64,000 nucleotides of DNA from Candidatus Campbellbacteria bacterium (GTDB lineage: Bacteria > Patescibacteriota > Minisyncoccia > Phycocordibacterales > CSBR16-193): contig SKHG01000054.1 of assembly GCA_007117035.1 (NCBI GenBank), positions 1,060 through 65,059 of the forward strand. Reading direction: 5' to 3'. The notes under the pieces were generated by a model. That model searched no databases. It was not told where the DNA came from and worked only from the letters and a program-made list of their open reading frames with translations. This document shows, in pieces, positions 38,117 through 49,395 of the stretch (its first letter is position 1; each line of letters starts with the position of its first letter). Made by a program: the position numbers and the translations under genes.

Positions 38117-38443
38117 TTATTGAAGTTCGGAACCACTCTTCTTTGCCACTCTAACTCTCTGTCCATCTTTTATGATAATTCCGATTCTTGTGCCTTTCTT
38201 AGTCTTTGGATCAATCAACTGAACATTTGAAACCGAAATAGGTGCTGGTCGCTCAATGATCTGACCAATCTTTTTAGCATTACCTTTGCCTTTAGAATCT
38301 GAATTCTTTCGGTGAAGTTTTTTTACATTAACTCCCGCAATAACAACTGACCCCTCGGAAGGAAAAGCCTTCTCCACCACTCCTTCGGTGCCTTTATCTT
38401 TACCTGAAATTACTATAACTTTATCTCCTTTTTTAATCTTCAT
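38117..38443 (-). CDS. rplX: 50S ribosomal protein L24
   Basis: 108 aa. KOW motif IKKGDKVIVISGKDKG. Confidence 0.85.
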   Translation of the reverse strand: MKIKKGDKVIVISGKDKGTEGVVEKAFPSEGSVVIAGVNVKKLHRKNSDSKGKGNAKKIGQIIERPAPISVSNVQLIDPKTKKGTRIGIIIKDGQRVRVAKKSGSELQ

Positions 38444-38453
38444 AATATTTTTT

Positions 38454-38825
38454 TTACAAAACTTCTGGCGCCAAGGATGTTATTTTTTGGTAACCAAGTT
38501 CACCAATCTCTCTTGGAATAGGACCAAAAATTCTACCACCAATCGGCTCCTTAGTACCTTTCTCGATTATAACAACAGCGTTTTCATCAAAACGAATATA
38601 GGAACCATCTCTTCGACGAAAAGCTTTCTTTTGTCTAACAACAACTGCATGCATTACGGCTTTCTTCTTTACAGCCTTTCGAGGTTCTGCTTTTTGTACG
38701 GACAAAACAACTAACTCACCAATTCCAGCATAGCGTTTTTTTGAACCGCCCAGAATTTTAAAAACTCGTCCAATTTTTCCTCCGGAGTTGTCTGCGATTT
38801 TTACTAATGTTTGTGGTTGAATCAT
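38454..38825 (-). CDS. rplN: 50S ribosomal protein L14
   Basis: 123 aa. MIQPQTLVKIADNSG N-terminus is typical of L14. Confidence 0.9.
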   Translation of the reverse strand: MIQPQTLVKIADNSGGKIGRVFKILGGSKKRYAGIGELVVLSVQKAEPRKAVKKKAVMHAVVVRQKKAFRRRDGSYIRFDENAVVIIEKGTKEPIGGRIFGPIPREIGELGYQKITSLAPEVL

Positions 38826-38846
38826 ATTTAAAAATTAAAAATCGGA

Positions 38847-39089
38847 CTATAACACCTTAAACCTTTTATCTTTGGAGATCGGATTACACTCCTCTATCTC
38901 AACCTTGTCTCCAAGTGCTTTAGTGTTACCTGCGTCATGTGCTTTGTATCTTTTTTTAGCCTTAACAAACTTCCCATACTTCGGGTGTTTATAATATCGG
39001 TTTACCAAAACCACCACAGTGTCCTGCATAGCAACAGACACCACTTCACCTCTCATAGTCTTCTTCTTAACTGTTTCGGTTTTTTTCAT
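38847..39089 (-). CDS. rpsQ: 30S ribosomal protein S17
   Basis: 80 aa. OB-fold S17 blocks (RGEVVS, KYGKF, AHDAG). Confidence 0.85.
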   Translation of the reverse strand: MKKTETVKKKTMRGEVVSVAMQDTVVVLVNRYYKHPKYGKFVKAKKRYKAHDAGNTKALGDKVEIEECNPISKDKRFKVL

Positions 39090-39093
39090 AATA

Positions 39094-39282
39094 CTAAATG
39101 TTTCTCTTTCGTACCTCGGTTAATATTCGAGCTATATCCTTTCGAAGTTTTTGAGCTTGCCCAACATCTCGAGTCTTGCTACCAGCCTGACTAAAACGAA
39201 ACTCTCTCAACGCTTCACGCTTCTCGCGCAAAAGCTTTCCAAGCTCTCCATCTTTTTTCTCTTTTATTTCTTTCATTTTCAT
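39094..39282 (-). CDS. rpmC: 50S ribosomal protein L29
   Basis: 62 aa helical protein between rplP and rpsQ. Confidence 0.8.
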   Translation of the reverse strand: MKMKEIKEKKDGELGKLLREKREALREFRFSQAGSKTRDVGQAQKLRKDIARILTEVRKRNI

Positions 39283-39338
39283 TTTATGTTGAGTACTCTA
39301 AACTACACTAAATCCTTTATATTTTCAAGCTTTGATGT

Positions 39339-39764
39339 CTAATTACCTATTCGACTAACTATTCGAGTCTTGATTGGCAACTTCTTTCCCGCTTTTCGTA
39401 AAGCTTCTAATGCAATTTCGTCAGTGACTCCATCAACCTCAAAAATCATTCGACCTGGCTTAACTGGTACACAGTAACCTTCAATATCACCCTTTCCTTT
39501 ACCCATCTTCACCTCAGCTGGTTTTTTAGTATACGGCATATCAGGGAATACTCTTATCCAAACCTTACCAGTCTTACCTAAAGTTCTTGAAATCACTCGA
39601 CGAGAGGCTTCAATCTGATTGGCGGTAAGCCGACCAGCAGTTGTTGCTTTAACTCCATGAGATCCAAAAGCAACAGTTAGTCCACGAGTAGCCACGCCGA
39701 TTGATTTCGGATTTTCTCTGGAAGTTTGCCACTTTCGATATTTTACTTTTTTTGGGAATAACAT
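39339..39764 (-). CDS. rplP: 50S ribosomal protein L16
   Basis: 141 aa. [12 protein letters not shown]-terminus and L16 blocks. Confidence 0.9.
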   Translation of the reverse strand: MLFPKKVKYRKWQTSRENPKSIGVATRGLTVAFGSHGVKATTAGRLTANQIEASRRVISRTLGKTGKVWIRVFPDMPYTKKPAEVKMGKGKGDIEGYCVPVKPGRMIFEVDGVTDEIALEALRKAGKKLPIKTRIVSRIGN

Positions 39765-39781
39765 AACCTTTTAATTAATTT

Positions 39782-40453
39782 CTACTGCTTTCGTTGTTTT
39801 TCGGTAAATATATCACCTTTGTATATCCAAACTTGAATACCGATTGTTCCATAAGGCAAACGTGCCTCTTGTCGCGCAAAGTCAACATCTGCTCTTAAGG
39901 TTTGTAGAGGAATACGACCACTCTTCATCTTTTCCTTTCTAGCCATATCAGCACCTCCTAAACGACCGCTGAGTAGGATCTTAACACCTTTAACATCTCT
40001 GTTTGCAACCACTTTCTCCATCATCTGTTTGGCAACTCTTCTAAACGGCATTCGTTTCTCTAAACCTTCGGCAATCATCTGAGCAACAATAGCTGAGTTA
40101 GACTCCGGGGATTTAACTTCTCTAATATCAAGTCGTAGGTCTTGATTGAAAACTAAACCTCTTTTTATTAAGTCTTTTTCTAATTTCTTCTTTAGGTTGG
40201 CTGAGCCTTCACCGTTTCGACCAATAACCATTCCTGGACGAGAGGTCTCAATAATGACCTTCAGGGTTTTTTCACCACGTTCAATCTCAATATTACTGAC
40301 AAAAAAACCTCGAAGCTCTTTTTCTAAAAATCTCCTAACAAAGATATCACTCTTAAGATAGGCTCGATAATTTTTCTTATCACCAAACCAACGAGATTTC
40401 CAGTCTCGAATTATGCCTAACCTACTTGAATATGGGTGAACTACATGTGTCAT
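39782..40453 (-). CDS. rpsC: 30S ribosomal protein S3
   Basis: 223 aa. KH domain and S3 C-domain blocks (GIKILLSGRLGGADMAR). Confidence 0.9.
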   Translation of the reverse strand: MTHVVHPYSSRLGIIRDWKSRWFGDKKNYRAYLKSDIFVRRFLEKELRGFFVSNIEIERGEKTLKVIIETSRPGMVIGRNGEGSANLKKKLEKDLIKRGLVFNQDLRLDIREVKSPESNSAIVAQMIAEGLEKRMPFRRVAKQMMEKVVANRDVKGVKILLSGRLGGADMARKEKMKSGRIPLQTLRADVDFARQEARLPYGTIGIQVWIYKGDIFTEKQRKQ

Positions 40454-40463
40454 AATTTATATT

Positions 40464-40829
40464 TTATTTATTTACGGTATCTTTAACTTTCTTAGCCGGC
40501 TCAGTCTTTGGAGCAAGTTCAATTGCAATATGACTGGTTCGCTTCCGAATTCTGAAAGCTCGACCTTGGGCTCGAGGCATCATTCTGTACAAGGTAAAAC
40601 CTTCATCAACACGAATAGACGAAACAATAAGATTTGAAGTGTCCTCGCCTCGATCTACAGCATTGGCTAGGGCCGAAGCCAAAACACCTTTAACAGCGCT
40701 CGCTGCATTCTTATCAACAAAAGATAGAATATGCAATGATTCCTCAACTGATTTGCCACGAATCATATCCGCAACCAAGCGGACCTTTCGGGGAGACTGT
40801 CTATAATTTTTAAGTAAAGCTTTTGACAT
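40464..40829 (-). CDS. rplV: 50S ribosomal protein L22
   Basis: 121 aa. L22 blocks (SPRKVRLVADMIRGK). Confidence 0.85.
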   Translation of the reverse strand: MSKALLKNYRQSPRKVRLVADMIRGKSVEESLHILSFVDKNAASAVKGVLASALANAVDRGEDTSNLIVSSIRVDEGFTLYRMMPRAQGRAFRIRKRTSHIAIELAPKTEPAKKVKDTVNK

Positions 40830-40844
40830 AATTTATTTAACAAA

Positions 40845-41180
40845 TTACTTACCGCCTGCAGATTTAGCTGACTGGGCGGCTGCAATCTCATTTTCTTTCT
40901 TTTTTTGGTCAAGTTCCTTCTGGATCTTTCCTCCATGTCTAATAAACTTCCGTGTAGCTGAGAACTCACCAAATCTGTGACCAACCATATCTTCTGTGAC
41001 CAAAACCGGAATGTGTTCTCGACCGTTGTGCACACCAAAAGTGTGACCAACCATCTCTGGAGAGATCTGACTGTTACGTGCCCATATTTTAATAACCCCT
41101 GCCTCTTTAGGAGATTTGCCTTCAATTTTTTTTAGGAGTCGATCGAAAACGAACGGTCCTTTTTTAAGTGATCTTGTCAT
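40845..41180 (-). CDS. rpsS: 30S ribosomal protein S19 (with C-terminal Lys-rich extension)
   Basis: Start set at [10 protein letters not shown], the canonical S19 N-terminus. GHTFGVHNG block present. Confidence 0.85.
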   Translation of the reverse strand: MTRSLKKGPFVFDRLLKKIEGKSPKEAGVIKIWARNSQISPEMVGHTFGVHNGREHIPVLVTEDMVGHRFGEFSATRKFIRHGGKIQKELDQKKKENEIAAAQSAKSAGGK

Positions 41181-41219
41181 ATTTAAACCAAAACGCGCCA
41201 CAGGCGCTTACGAAAGGTA

Positions 41220-41248
41220 ATACTAACGGAATGAACTGTTAATGTCAA
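41220..41248 (-). promoter_or_regulatory. Candidate sigma70-type internal promoter upstream of rpsS, inside the rplB-rpsS spacer
   Basis: On the minus strand: TTGACA, a 17-nt spacer, then TAGTAT. It sits in an unusually long (~190 bp) rplB-rpsS intergenic region. Confidence 0.3.
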
Positions 41249-41373
41249 TATATTTGCCTATATATTGCGATTTTCTAAACAACTATACTCTTTGGATTGT
41301 AAAAAACATGAAATTTGGCCTTGTGTCGATATTAAATCAGCTAACTAAAACAAGATTTAATGCTGAACTAAAC

Positions 41374-42216
41374 CTACCTCTTCTTTCCAACCTTCCTTCG
41401 CTTGACGATCAGACGGTTAGAATACTTCTTTGGCTTTCGTGTTTTTTGACCCTTACCAGAAGGTTTACCCCATTTGGTCTTAGCCCTCCTTGTTCCTCGT
41501 CCACCTCGACCCTCTCCACCACCGTATGGATGGTCAACAGGGTTCATAGCTGAACCACGAACTGTTGGTCTTTTACCCAACCATCGTGAACGTCCAGCTT
41601 TACCGATAACCTTCAGTCCATGCTCTTGATTAGAAACTTCTCCAACAGAACACCAAGCACCAGAACGAACCTTTCGAACTTCACTAGAAGGCATCTTTAC
41701 ACTACTGTAACCTCCGTCATGAGCAATAACTTCAGCATAGGTTCCAGCTGAACGTATTAATTTTGCTCCACCTAAAGGTTTTACCTCGATGTTGTAAACA
41801 AAGGTTCCAACAGGAACTGAACCAATCTCAGTTCGATTTCCAGCTTTAAGAGGTGCCTTGTCAGAGATAATTAGAGTTTCTCCAACTGAAACATTTTGTG
41901 GTAGAACCACATACCTTTGATCACCATCAGCGTACACCGCAAGTCCGATAAAGGCTGATCGATTTGGATCGTACTCAACAGTTTTTATAGTATAAGGAAT
42001 ATCAAACTTATTTAATTTAAAGTCGATTTCTCGATAACGTCTTTTGTGTCCACCACCACGATGTCGGGATGTAATCCGGCCAGCATTGTTTCGCCCTTTA
42101 CCTTTTTTAAATCCAGAAACCAATGATTTCTTTGGTTTGTCTGTTGTAAGCACTCCTCTATAAGATGGAGTGGTCATTGAACGTCGCGATGGTGTTGTTG
42201 GTCTATACTTTTTCAT
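41374..42216 (-). CDS. rplB: 50S ribosomal protein L2
   Basis: 280 aa. L2 blocks (GRNNAGRITSRHRGGGHKR, VGNV-like region, MNPVDHPYGGGEG). Confidence 0.9.
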   Translation of the reverse strand: MKKYRPTTPSRRSMTTPSYRGVLTTDKPKKSLVSGFKKGKGRNNAGRITSRHRGGGHKRRYREIDFKLNKFDIPYTIKTVEYDPNRSAFIGLAVYADGDQRYVVLPQNVSVGETLIISDKAPLKAGNRTEIGSVPVGTFVYNIEVKPLGGAKLIRSAGTYAEVIAHDGGYSSVKMPSSEVRKVRSGAWCSVGEVSNQEHGLKVIGKAGRSRWLGKRPTVRGSAMNPVDHPYGGGEGRGGRGTRRAKTKWGKPSGKGQKTRKPKKYSNRLIVKRRKVGKKR

Positions 42217-42233
42217 AATTCTTATTATATATA

Positions 42234-42593
42234 TTAGATGAACTCAATTGAGTCACCTTTTTTAAGAAAAACCATGGCTTTTTTACCAACAGATTTCTTA
42301 CCTTTAATACCTCGGCGAGTAACATTCTTACGTGGAACTTTAATGGTGTTTATCTTAACAGGTGTTACGCCATATATTACCTCAATCGCTTCAGCAACAT
42401 CTTTTTTTCCAGCCCTCGGATCAATGTTGAATGAATAAACATTGTCACCGCTTTTAATAGCAGCTTTTTCTGTCACCCTCGGAGAAAGTAAAACCATCTG
42501 CTCTCGTCCAAAATCTGAAATACGACCAGAACTTTTACGTCCAGACTTAGTCTTTCCTTGAGATTTACCTTTTTTTGATCCAAAAATAGCCAT
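42234..42593 (-). CDS. rplW: 50S ribosomal protein L23 (with basic N-terminal extension)
   Basis: 119 aa. L23 blocks (LLSPRVTEKA, YSFNIDPRAGKKDV). Confidence 0.8.
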   Translation of the reverse strand: MAIFGSKKGKSQGKTKSGRKSSGRISDFGREQMVLLSPRVTEKAAIKSGDNVYSFNIDPRAGKKDVAEAIEVIYGVTPVKINTIKVPRKNVTRRGIKGKKSVGKKAMVFLKKGDSIEFI

Positions 42594-42598
42594 AATAT

Positions 42599-43267
42599 TT
42601 ATTTAACTCTTTTCTCTAAAACTGCAATTGATTCTTTCGGGTTCTCGATTATAAGATACTTGTATTTCAAAAGCAACGCTGGATTTATCGAATCAATCTT
42701 TTTAACTAAAATATTTCCCATATTAGAAAAACTTTTTTTCACTGTGTCCTGACTTTCAAACAATGCGAGACAAGCTGCGTTGTTCTTTCTGTCAGCCAAT
42801 GCTTCATAACCCTTTACTGAACCCAAAGCCTGTATTACAGACTTAGCTTCTTTGGTTTTTGGCTCGGAGAAATCAATCTTATCAAGAAAAACAATCTCCT
42901 GGTCCTTAAATTTTTGTGACAAAACAGATGTTAATGCAGCGACACGCATCTTTTTGTTTATCTTTTTCTTAAAATTCCTTTCGTTTGTTGGGCCATGCGC
43001 AACTCCACCACCAACCCAAATCGGTGATCGTCGTGAACCATGTCTAGCTCGTCCAGTACCTTTTTGTTTCCAAGGCTTCTTACCACCTCCTCGAACTTCT
43101 GATCGGTCCTTGGTGTGAGCAACTGGTACTCTAGCGTTAGATTCCATAGAAACAACTACCTGATGAACTAACTGGTCATTTCTTTTTTGTCCAAAAACAG
43201 AATCTGGAAGATCGATAGATCCTGTACTCTTTCCTTTTTGATTATATATCTGTGCAGTGATAGCCAT
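42599..43267 (-). CDS. rplD: 50S ribosomal protein L4
   Basis: 222 aa. L4 blocks (RGGGKKPWKQKGTGRAR). Confidence 0.85.
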   Translation of the reverse strand: MAITAQIYNQKGKSTGSIDLPDSVFGQKRNDQLVHQVVVSMESNARVPVAHTKDRSEVRGGGKKPWKQKGTGRARHGSRRSPIWVGGGVAHGPTNERNFKKKINKKMRVAALTSVLSQKFKDQEIVFLDKIDFSEPKTKEAKSVIQALGSVKGYEALADRKNNAACLALFESQDTVKKSFSNMGNILVKKIDSINPALLLKYKYLIIENPKESIAVLEKRVK

Positions 43268-43272
43268 ATTAA

Positions 43273-43887
43273 TTATTTATCTCTGAGTTCAACCAATGTG
43301 CCTGTTCGTCCTGGAACAGCTCCTTTTATCATTATCAATCCTTCTTCAGGTAAAATCTTAGCAATAGAAAGGTTTTTAACAGTTACCCTGTCACTACCCA
43401 TCCTTCCACCCATCTTCTTACCTTTCATAACCCTCTGAGGACCTGTGGCACCTATAGAGCCAGGTTCTCTTTCAGAATGCTTCTGCCCATGACTTCGACG
43501 ACCGCCGGCAAAACCATGTCGTTTTACTACACCCTGGAAACCTTTACCTTTAGAGATAGAAGAAACAAATACCTTATCACCTTCAGCAAAAGATATTTCT
43601 AACTCCTGACCTCGAGAAAAAGCCGAGACCTCTTCTGGAGTTAATCGAAACTCGCGTAGATATCGAAAAGAGGACAGGTCTTTTAGATGTCCTCTTTGAG
43701 ATTTGTTTTGATTTTTCTCACTTTTTAGACCAAAACCAACTTGAACAGCATAATATCCATCACTTTCTTTTGTTTTTATCTGAACAACAGACATTGGTGA
43801 TGTCTTAATAATCGTTACAGGAATAACTGTTCCGTCTTCGGCAAATATCTGACTCATCTTTTCTTTTTCTCCAAGTAGGAATTTCAT
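43273..43887 (-). CDS. rplC: 50S ribosomal protein L3
   Basis: 204 aa. L3 blocks (GKGFQGVVKRHGFAGG). Confidence 0.9.
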   Translation of the reverse strand: MKFLLGEKEKMSQIFAEDGTVIPVTIIKTSPMSVVQIKTKESDGYYAVQVGFGLKSEKNQNKSQRGHLKDLSSFRYLREFRLTPEEVSAFSRGQELEISFAEGDKVFVSSISKGKGFQGVVKRHGFAGGRRSHGQKHSEREPGSIGATGPQRVMKGKKMGGRMGSDRVTVKNLSIAKILPEEGLIMIKGAVPGRTGTLVELRDK

Positions 43888-44332
43888 TTTTTTATTTTAA
43901 AACACTTTTCGTTCTAGAAAGCTAGAAACAAAACGGCTTGCCTGTATAAGCAACCGAATAGCCAATACTTTATTACATATTGAATAAAAATGCAAGTTTT
44001 TCTAAGACTATACAATCGCAAAAAAGCAAATCCCCCTGTTTTTAGGCAGTCTTTTCTTTTATATAGAATCCCTTAAGCATAATAACCTTTATTTTAAACC
44101 CAAAGTTCGGTGTATTTTAGAGACATATTTCGTTAACTGTTTCTGATATTCTTTCGATTCAATGTCATCTACCAAATCTATTACCTCTTCCTCTGTATAT
44201 CTATTTTGAGTACCAACAACATCAATCACTATCGACACTAGGAACATTTTGATTCAAATTAAATTACTCATATGTTAATTTACAATTCATATACATATAT
44301 AAAGTAATATCACTTTTAAACTTACACAAAAC

Positions 44333-44360
44333 AAAAAACAGCCCAGACGGGCTGTTTTTT
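44333..44360 (-). terminator. Rho-independent terminator downstream of rpsJ; separates rpsJ from rplC
   Basis: An A-run, then the hairpin acagccc-agac-gggctgt, then a T-run. Lies 30 nt past the rpsJ stop codon. Confidence 0.6.
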
Positions 44361-44389
44361 AACTTAACAGACTTCAAAAACCAAGTGAA

Positions 44390-44815
44390 CTAAACCATCT
44401 TTACATCAATACTTACACCAGACGGTAGAGAAATGTTGGTAAGAGATTCAATAACTTTTTGATTTGGATTTACAATATCAATCAGTCTTTTATGAATTCG
44501 CATCTCAAACTGTTCTCGTGAAGTTTTGTAAACGAAAGAAGATCGGTTAACTGTGTATTTTTTAATCTCGGTAGGTAGTGGTACTGGTCCACGGATCTCA
44601 ACATCATAACGTAAAGCTGTGTCGATAATCTGCTGAACAGATACATCCAAAACCTTGTACTCATACGCCCGAATTCTAATTCGAAGCATAGGAGAAATCT
44701 CCTTCTCTTTCTTTTTCCCGGACCCAGCAGAAGCTGTTTTTTTGGTTTCAACCTTTTTCTTAGCTGAAACAGCTTTTTTAGGTTCGGTCTTAATTGTATT
44801 ATTCTCTTTAGACAT
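44390..44815 (-). CDS. rpsJ: 30S ribosomal protein S10 (with ~40-aa Lys-rich N-terminal extension)
   Basis: 141 aa. S10 core block (IRIRAYEYKVLD...SGPVPLP). Confidence 0.85.
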   Translation of the reverse strand: MSKENNTIKTEPKKAVSAKKKVETKKTASAGSGKKKEKEISPMLRIRIRAYEYKVLDVSVQQIIDTALRYDVEIRGPVPLPTEIKKYTVNRSSFVYKTSREQFEMRIHKRLIDIVNPNQKVIESLTNISLPSGVSIDVKMV

Positions 44816-44819
44816 CTTA

Positions 44820-46013
44820 TTACGCTACGACCTTAGTTACGACTCCAGCACCGACAGTTTTACCTCCTTCTCGAACAGCAAATCTTTGTTGTTCTTCTAG
44901 AGCAACCGGAGCACTCAGTTTAACCTTGAAAGTTACTGTATCACCCGGCATAACCATCTCAACACCTTCTTTCAATGTAACTTCTCCAGTTACGTCAGTT
45001 GTTCTGATATAGAACTGAGGCTTGTATCCGGTAAAGAATGGAGTGTGTCGACCACCTTCCTCTTTCTTTAGAATATAAACTTCAGCCTCGAAATCTGTAT
45101 GTGGAGTAACTGATCCAGGAGCAGCCAAAACCTGTCCTCGGTGGATATCTTCTTTCTTAGTACCTCGTAATAGAATTCCCGCGTTGTCACCAGCCATACC
45201 TTCAGATAGAGACTTGTTGAACATCTCAATTCCAGTTACAGCTGTTTTACTTATATCTTTTGTTATACCAACAATCTCAACTTCCTCACCAACCTTTACA
45301 ATACCACGTTCAATTCTTCCGGTTACAACAGTTCCTCGACCTTCAATTGAGAAAATGTCTTCAATTGGCATCAAGAAAGCCTTTTCTGTATCTCTTTCTG
45401 GTGTAGGAATGTATTCGTCTAGAGCTTTAGCCAGTTCAAGAACCTTTAGAGTCCATTCACCGTCTGCAGCCTCTTCTTCTAGAGCTTTAAGAGCTGAACC
45501 TCGAATAATCGGTGCAACTTCACCGTCATAATCATACTGAGTCAAAAGTTCGCGAACTTCTTCCTCGACAAGGTCGATCAACTCCGGATCACTAACCATG
45601 TCACATTTGTTAAGGAAAACAATAATCTTTGGAACACCAACTTGTTTAGCCAAAAGAATGTGCTCTCGTGTCTGAGGCATAACACCATCAGTTGCAGCAA
45701 CCACCAAAACAGCACCGTCCATCTGAGCGGCACCTGTAATCATGTTTTTGATGTAGTCGGCATGTCCGGGAGCATCAATGTGTGCGTAGTGTCTGTTCTC
45801 TGTTTCGTACTCGTTGTGTGAAAGGGCGATTGTAATACCTCGCTCTTTTTCTTCTGGAGCTGCGTCAATCTGACTGACGTCCTTCATACTTACCTTTTGT
45901 CCAGATCGGTGAAGAGAACTCAATATTGCCGCGGTCAAAGTGGTCTTTCCGTGGTCAACATGTCCAATGGTACCAACATTGACATGGGGTTTAGATCTAT
46001 CAAAATCTGCCAT
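44820..46013 (-). CDS. tuf: Elongation factor Tu
   Basis: 397 aa. [18 protein letters not shown] and NKCD GTPase motifs. Confidence 0.95.
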   Translation of the reverse strand: MADFDRSKPHVNVGTIGHVDHGKTTLTAAILSSLHRSGQKVSMKDVSQIDAAPEEKERGITIALSHNEYETENRHYAHIDAPGHADYIKNMITGAAQMDGAVLVVAATDGVMPQTREHILLAKQVGVPKIIVFLNKCDMVSDPELIDLVEEEVRELLTQYDYDGEVAPIIRGSALKALEEEAADGEWTLKVLELAKALDEYIPTPERDTEKAFLMPIEDIFSIEGRGTVVTGRIERGIVKVGEEVEIVGITKDISKTAVTGIEMFNKSLSEGMAGDNAGILLRGTKKEDIHRGQVLAAPGSVTPHTDFEAEVYILKKEEGGRHTPFFTGYKPQFYIRTTDVTGEVTLKEGVEMVMPGDTVTFKVKLSAPVALEEQQRFAVREGGKTVGAGVVTKVVA

Positions 46014-46283
46014 AATAATATATTTAATAAACTGCTAATAAATTTGCAACCGAGGTTGCGACTAATAATTTTTCTTCAAACGCCCGAAACTGTTTAGTAT
46101 CGAACGCCGGAAATTCTACACGCGTAACGAAAGTTTTAATCTCTTTCAGTTTAGTGTCCAAATAAACACCAAAGACCTCAAAAGGTCTTTTTGATCTTGA
46201 ACACAAGCGTAGGATACATACTAACCAAACTCCAAAGCCAAGTCAACCTTTTAAAGAGATATTTATCCACTTAATATCCCCAA

Positions 46284-48452
46284 TTAATTTCGGGAATCAA
46301 TAATATCCTTAGCAACATTCTGTGGAACGATATCGTAACGATTAAACTCCATAGAAAATGTTGCTCGACCGGCTGTCATTGATCGAAGATTGGTAATATA
46401 ACCGAACATCTCTGATAGAGGCACAAATGCTCTAATAACTGTATCGTTTTGACCTCGCTCACCCATCTCTTCAATCTGACCTCGCTTAGAGTTAATATCA
46501 CCGTTTATGTCACCCATAAACTCAGTTGGAGTTACAACCTCGACTCTCATTATCGGCTCCAACAATACTGGTTTAGACTTTTTAGATGCTTCTTGAAAGG
46601 CTTGTGACGCAGCAATGTGATAAGCAACTTCAGAAGAGTCCACGTCGTGATATGAACCATCTATAAGTTCACAAGAGATATCAACCATCTGATAACCTGC
46701 AACGATTCCCCGTCCCATTGCCTCTTTTACACCTTTCTGAACTGCGGGAATATATTCCTGTGGAATAACACCACCTTTGATTGAGTTAACAAACTCATAC
46801 CCTTCCTCTCGATGAACATTTTTTGGAGTCTTCTTCTTCTTTCCTTCTCCCTCATCCTCTACAATTTTTTCTAGAGGTTTAATTATAATCTTGACATGTC
46901 CATACTGACCTCGACCACCAGTCTGTTTAATATATTTATGTTCTGCTTCAGCAGATGAAGTAATAGTTTCTTTATAAGCAACCTGAGGTTTTCCAATATC
47001 AGCCTCAACTTTAAACTCTCTTTTCATTCGATCAACAATAATCTCTAGATGCAACTCACCCATTCCCCAAATAACTGTTTCGTTAGTTTCGTTATCTGAT
47101 GTTATTTGGAAAGTAGGATCCTCAGCAGCCAATCTGGAAAGAGCCATTCCCATTTTTTCTTGGTCAGCCTTAGTTTTTGGCTCGATTCTAACCGAAACAA
47201 CAGGAACTGGAAACTCTATTTTTTCAAGAACGATTGGATTGTCCTCATCACAAAGGGTATCAGAAGTAGTAGTATTTTTTAGACCAACTGCGGCAGCAAT
47301 TTCTCCAGCATAAACCTCACTAACTTCTTCTCGGTGATTAGCGTGCATTCGCAAAATTCTTCCTATTCTTTCTTTTTCACCCTTACTAACATTGTAAACA
47401 TAAGATCCTGACTTAAGAACTCCAGAATAAACTCGGAAGTAGGTTAACTGACCAACATAAGGGTCATTTTGCAATTTAAAGGCAAGTGCTGAGAAAGGTT
47501 CGCTGTCATCTGCGTGTCTTTCAACCTCTTCTCCAGTCTTTGGATGTATACCAACATAAGGAGGAACATCTAGTGGTGAAGGAAGATAATCAACTACAGC
47601 ATCTAGAACTAACTGAACTCCTTTATTCTTCAATGCGGTTCCTGTAAATACCGGAATAATATTATTAGTCAAAACCTCTTTTCGAAGTGCTGATTTTAGC
47701 TCCTCAACAGTGAACTCTTCGCCTTCCAAAAATCTCTCCATCATTGACTCATTATTTTCTACTATCTTTTCAACCATCTCATTTCGATACTTTTCAGCTT
47801 CTGCTTTCATTCCTTCAGGAATTTCAGCAACTCTTATTTCGCTACCCATATTTCCTTCAAAGTATAAGGCTTTCATTTTTAGAAGATCTACTACACCCTC
47901 ATGTGCGTCTTCTTCACCAATCGGAATCTGCATTCGAACTGCGTTTGTGGTCAGACGATCTAGGATTGAAGCGTACGAACGTTCAAAACTTGCTCCTGTT
48001 CGGTCGATCTTATTAATAAAACAGATTCTTGGTACTTTATATTTATCAGCTTGCTTCCAAACTGTTTCCGACTGTGGTTCTACTCCAGCCACACCATCAA
48101 AAACAACGACACCTCCGTCCAGAACCTTCATTGAACGTTCAACCTCAACGGTAAAGTCGACGTGACCTGGGGTGTCAATAATATTAAAACGATACTGTAG
48201 TTCTTTGTCTTTTCTATCTTCTACATTTGTTGGAGACCAAAAACATGTTGTTGCAGCTGAGGTAATAGTGATTCCTCGCTCTTTTTCTTGCTCCATCCAG
48301 TCCATAACAGCCCCTCCTTCATGAACCTCACCAAGTTTATGTGAAACTCCTGTATAAAAAAGTACTCTCTCGGTAGTTGTGGTCTTTCCAGCATCAATGT
48401 GAGCAATGATGCCGAAATTTCTTACTCTTACTAATGGATAATCTCGTGCCAT
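46284..48452 (-). CDS. fusA: Elongation factor G
   Basis: 722 aa. [18 protein letters not shown] and NKID motifs, plus EF-G domains IV and V. Confidence 0.95.
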   Translation of the reverse strand: MARDYPLVRVRNFGIIAHIDAGKTTTTERVLFYTGVSHKLGEVHEGGAVMDWMEQEKERGITITSAATTCFWSPTNVEDRKDKELQYRFNIIDTPGHVDFTVEVERSMKVLDGGVVVFDGVAGVEPQSETVWKQADKYKVPRICFINKIDRTGASFERSYASILDRLTTNAVRMQIPIGEEDAHEGVVDLLKMKALYFEGNMGSEIRVAEIPEGMKAEAEKYRNEMVEKIVENNESMMERFLEGEEFTVEELKSALRKEVLTNNIIPVFTGTALKNKGVQLVLDAVVDYLPSPLDVPPYVGIHPKTGEEVERHADDSEPFSALAFKLQNDPYVGQLTYFRVYSGVLKSGSYVYNVSKGEKERIGRILRMHANHREEVSEVYAGEIAAAVGLKNTTTSDTLCDEDNPIVLEKIEFPVPVVSVRIEPKTKADQEKMGMALSRLAAEDPTFQITSDNETNETVIWGMGELHLEIIVDRMKREFKVEADIGKPQVAYKETITSSAEAEHKYIKQTGGRGQYGHVKIIIKPLEKIVEDEGEGKKKKTPKNVHREEGYEFVNSIKGGVIPQEYIPAVQKGVKEAMGRGIVAGYQMVDISCELIDGSYHDVDSSEVAYHIAASQAFQEASKKSKPVLLEPIMRVEVVTPTEFMGDINGDINSKRGQIEEMGERGQNDTVIRAFVPLSEMFGYITNLRSMTAGRATFSMEFNRYDIVPQNVAKDIIDSRN

Positions 48453-48514
48453 ATCTAAATATTAATTAATTTAGTAATAATCAAATTTTAAAACTCGATA
48501 AAAAACAGAAAAAT

Positions 48515-48985
48515 TTACCAAGCAAAGTGAGCAAAAGCCTTGTTGGCTTCGGCCATTTTGTGAGTATTTTCCCTCTTTTTTATCGCATCGCCTTCATTGT
48601 TGTGGGCAGCCATAATCTCTGTAGCCAGTCTTTGGTCCATTGGAGATCCGCTTTTTGCATTTGCTGATTCAATAATCCACTTCATTGCCAAAAATCTCTT
48701 TCTTTCTGGTCTAACTTCACGGGGAACTTGATAGTTTGCACCTCCAACTCGACGTGAGCGAACTTCCATTGAAGGACCAGCATTTCTAATTGCTGAATCA
48801 AAAATAGTTAGAGGATCCTCTATTTGTAACTTTTCCTTAATAATATCAAGGGCTGAGTAAACAATCCGCTCGGCAGTTCTTCTTTTACCGTGGGACATTA
48901 TGTAGTTAATAAACTTACCAAGTCTCTCTGATTCAAACTTTTTATCAGGTAAGGCGATATTTCTGTTTTTTACCGGTCTTCGCAT
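48515..48985 (-). CDS. rpsG: 30S ribosomal protein S7
   Basis: 156 aa. S7 blocks. Confidence 0.9.
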   Translation of the reverse strand: MRRPVKNRNIALPDKKFESERLGKFINYIMSHGKRRTAERIVYSALDIIKEKLQIEDPLTIFDSAIRNAGPSMEVRSRRVGGANYQVPREVRPERKRFLAMKWIIESANAKSGSPMDQRLATEIMAAHNNEGDAIKKRENTHKMAEANKAFAHFAW

Positions 48986-48987
48986 AA

Positions 48988-49395
48988 TTATTTATTTTTT
49001 TTAGCTCCGTAACGACTTCTGCTCTGTTTACGATTTTCTACACCAGTTGCATCCAACACACCTCTTACTACAGTATAACGAACACCAATATCCTTTACTC
49101 GACCGCCTCTGATTACAACAACGGAGTGTTCTTGAAGTGCGTGTCCCATACCAGGAATATATGCAGTAACTTCCATACCGTTAGTCAATCTAACTCGAGC
49201 AATCTTTCTGATAGCTGAGTTTGGTTTTTTAGGGGTTTTTGTGGTTACCCTAACACAAACACCTCTTTTAAAAGGAGATGGGTAGCGAGTCGGCTTGTTC
49301 TTAATAGAGTCAAAACCGCGAGCCAAGGCGACTGCTTTTGATTTTTTAGTAACTTTTTTTCGACCCTTTCGGACCAATTGATTTATAGTTGACAT
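48988..49395 (-). CDS. rpsL: 30S ribosomal protein S12
   Basis: 135 aa. Block [19 protein letters not shown]. Confidence 0.9.
   Translation of the reverse strand: MSTINQLVRKGRKKVTKKSKAVALARGFDSIKNKPTRYPSPFKRGVCVRVTTKTPKKPNSAIRKIARVRLTNGMEVTAYIPGMGHALQEHSVVVIRGGRVKDIGVRYTVVRGVLDATGVENRKQSRSRYGAKKNK

Noticed and set aside
44082-44237. 52-aa minus-strand ORF in the rpsJ-rplC leader
   Set aside because: No Shine-Dalgarno sequence upstream, and a low-complexity acidic sequence. It is treated as part of a possible regulatory leader instead of a gene.
46024-46206. 60-aa ORF in the fusA-tuf spacer
   Set aside because: No RBS and no domain. It sits in a 270-bp spacer containing hairpins. It is probably an untranslated inter-cistronic region of the str operon.
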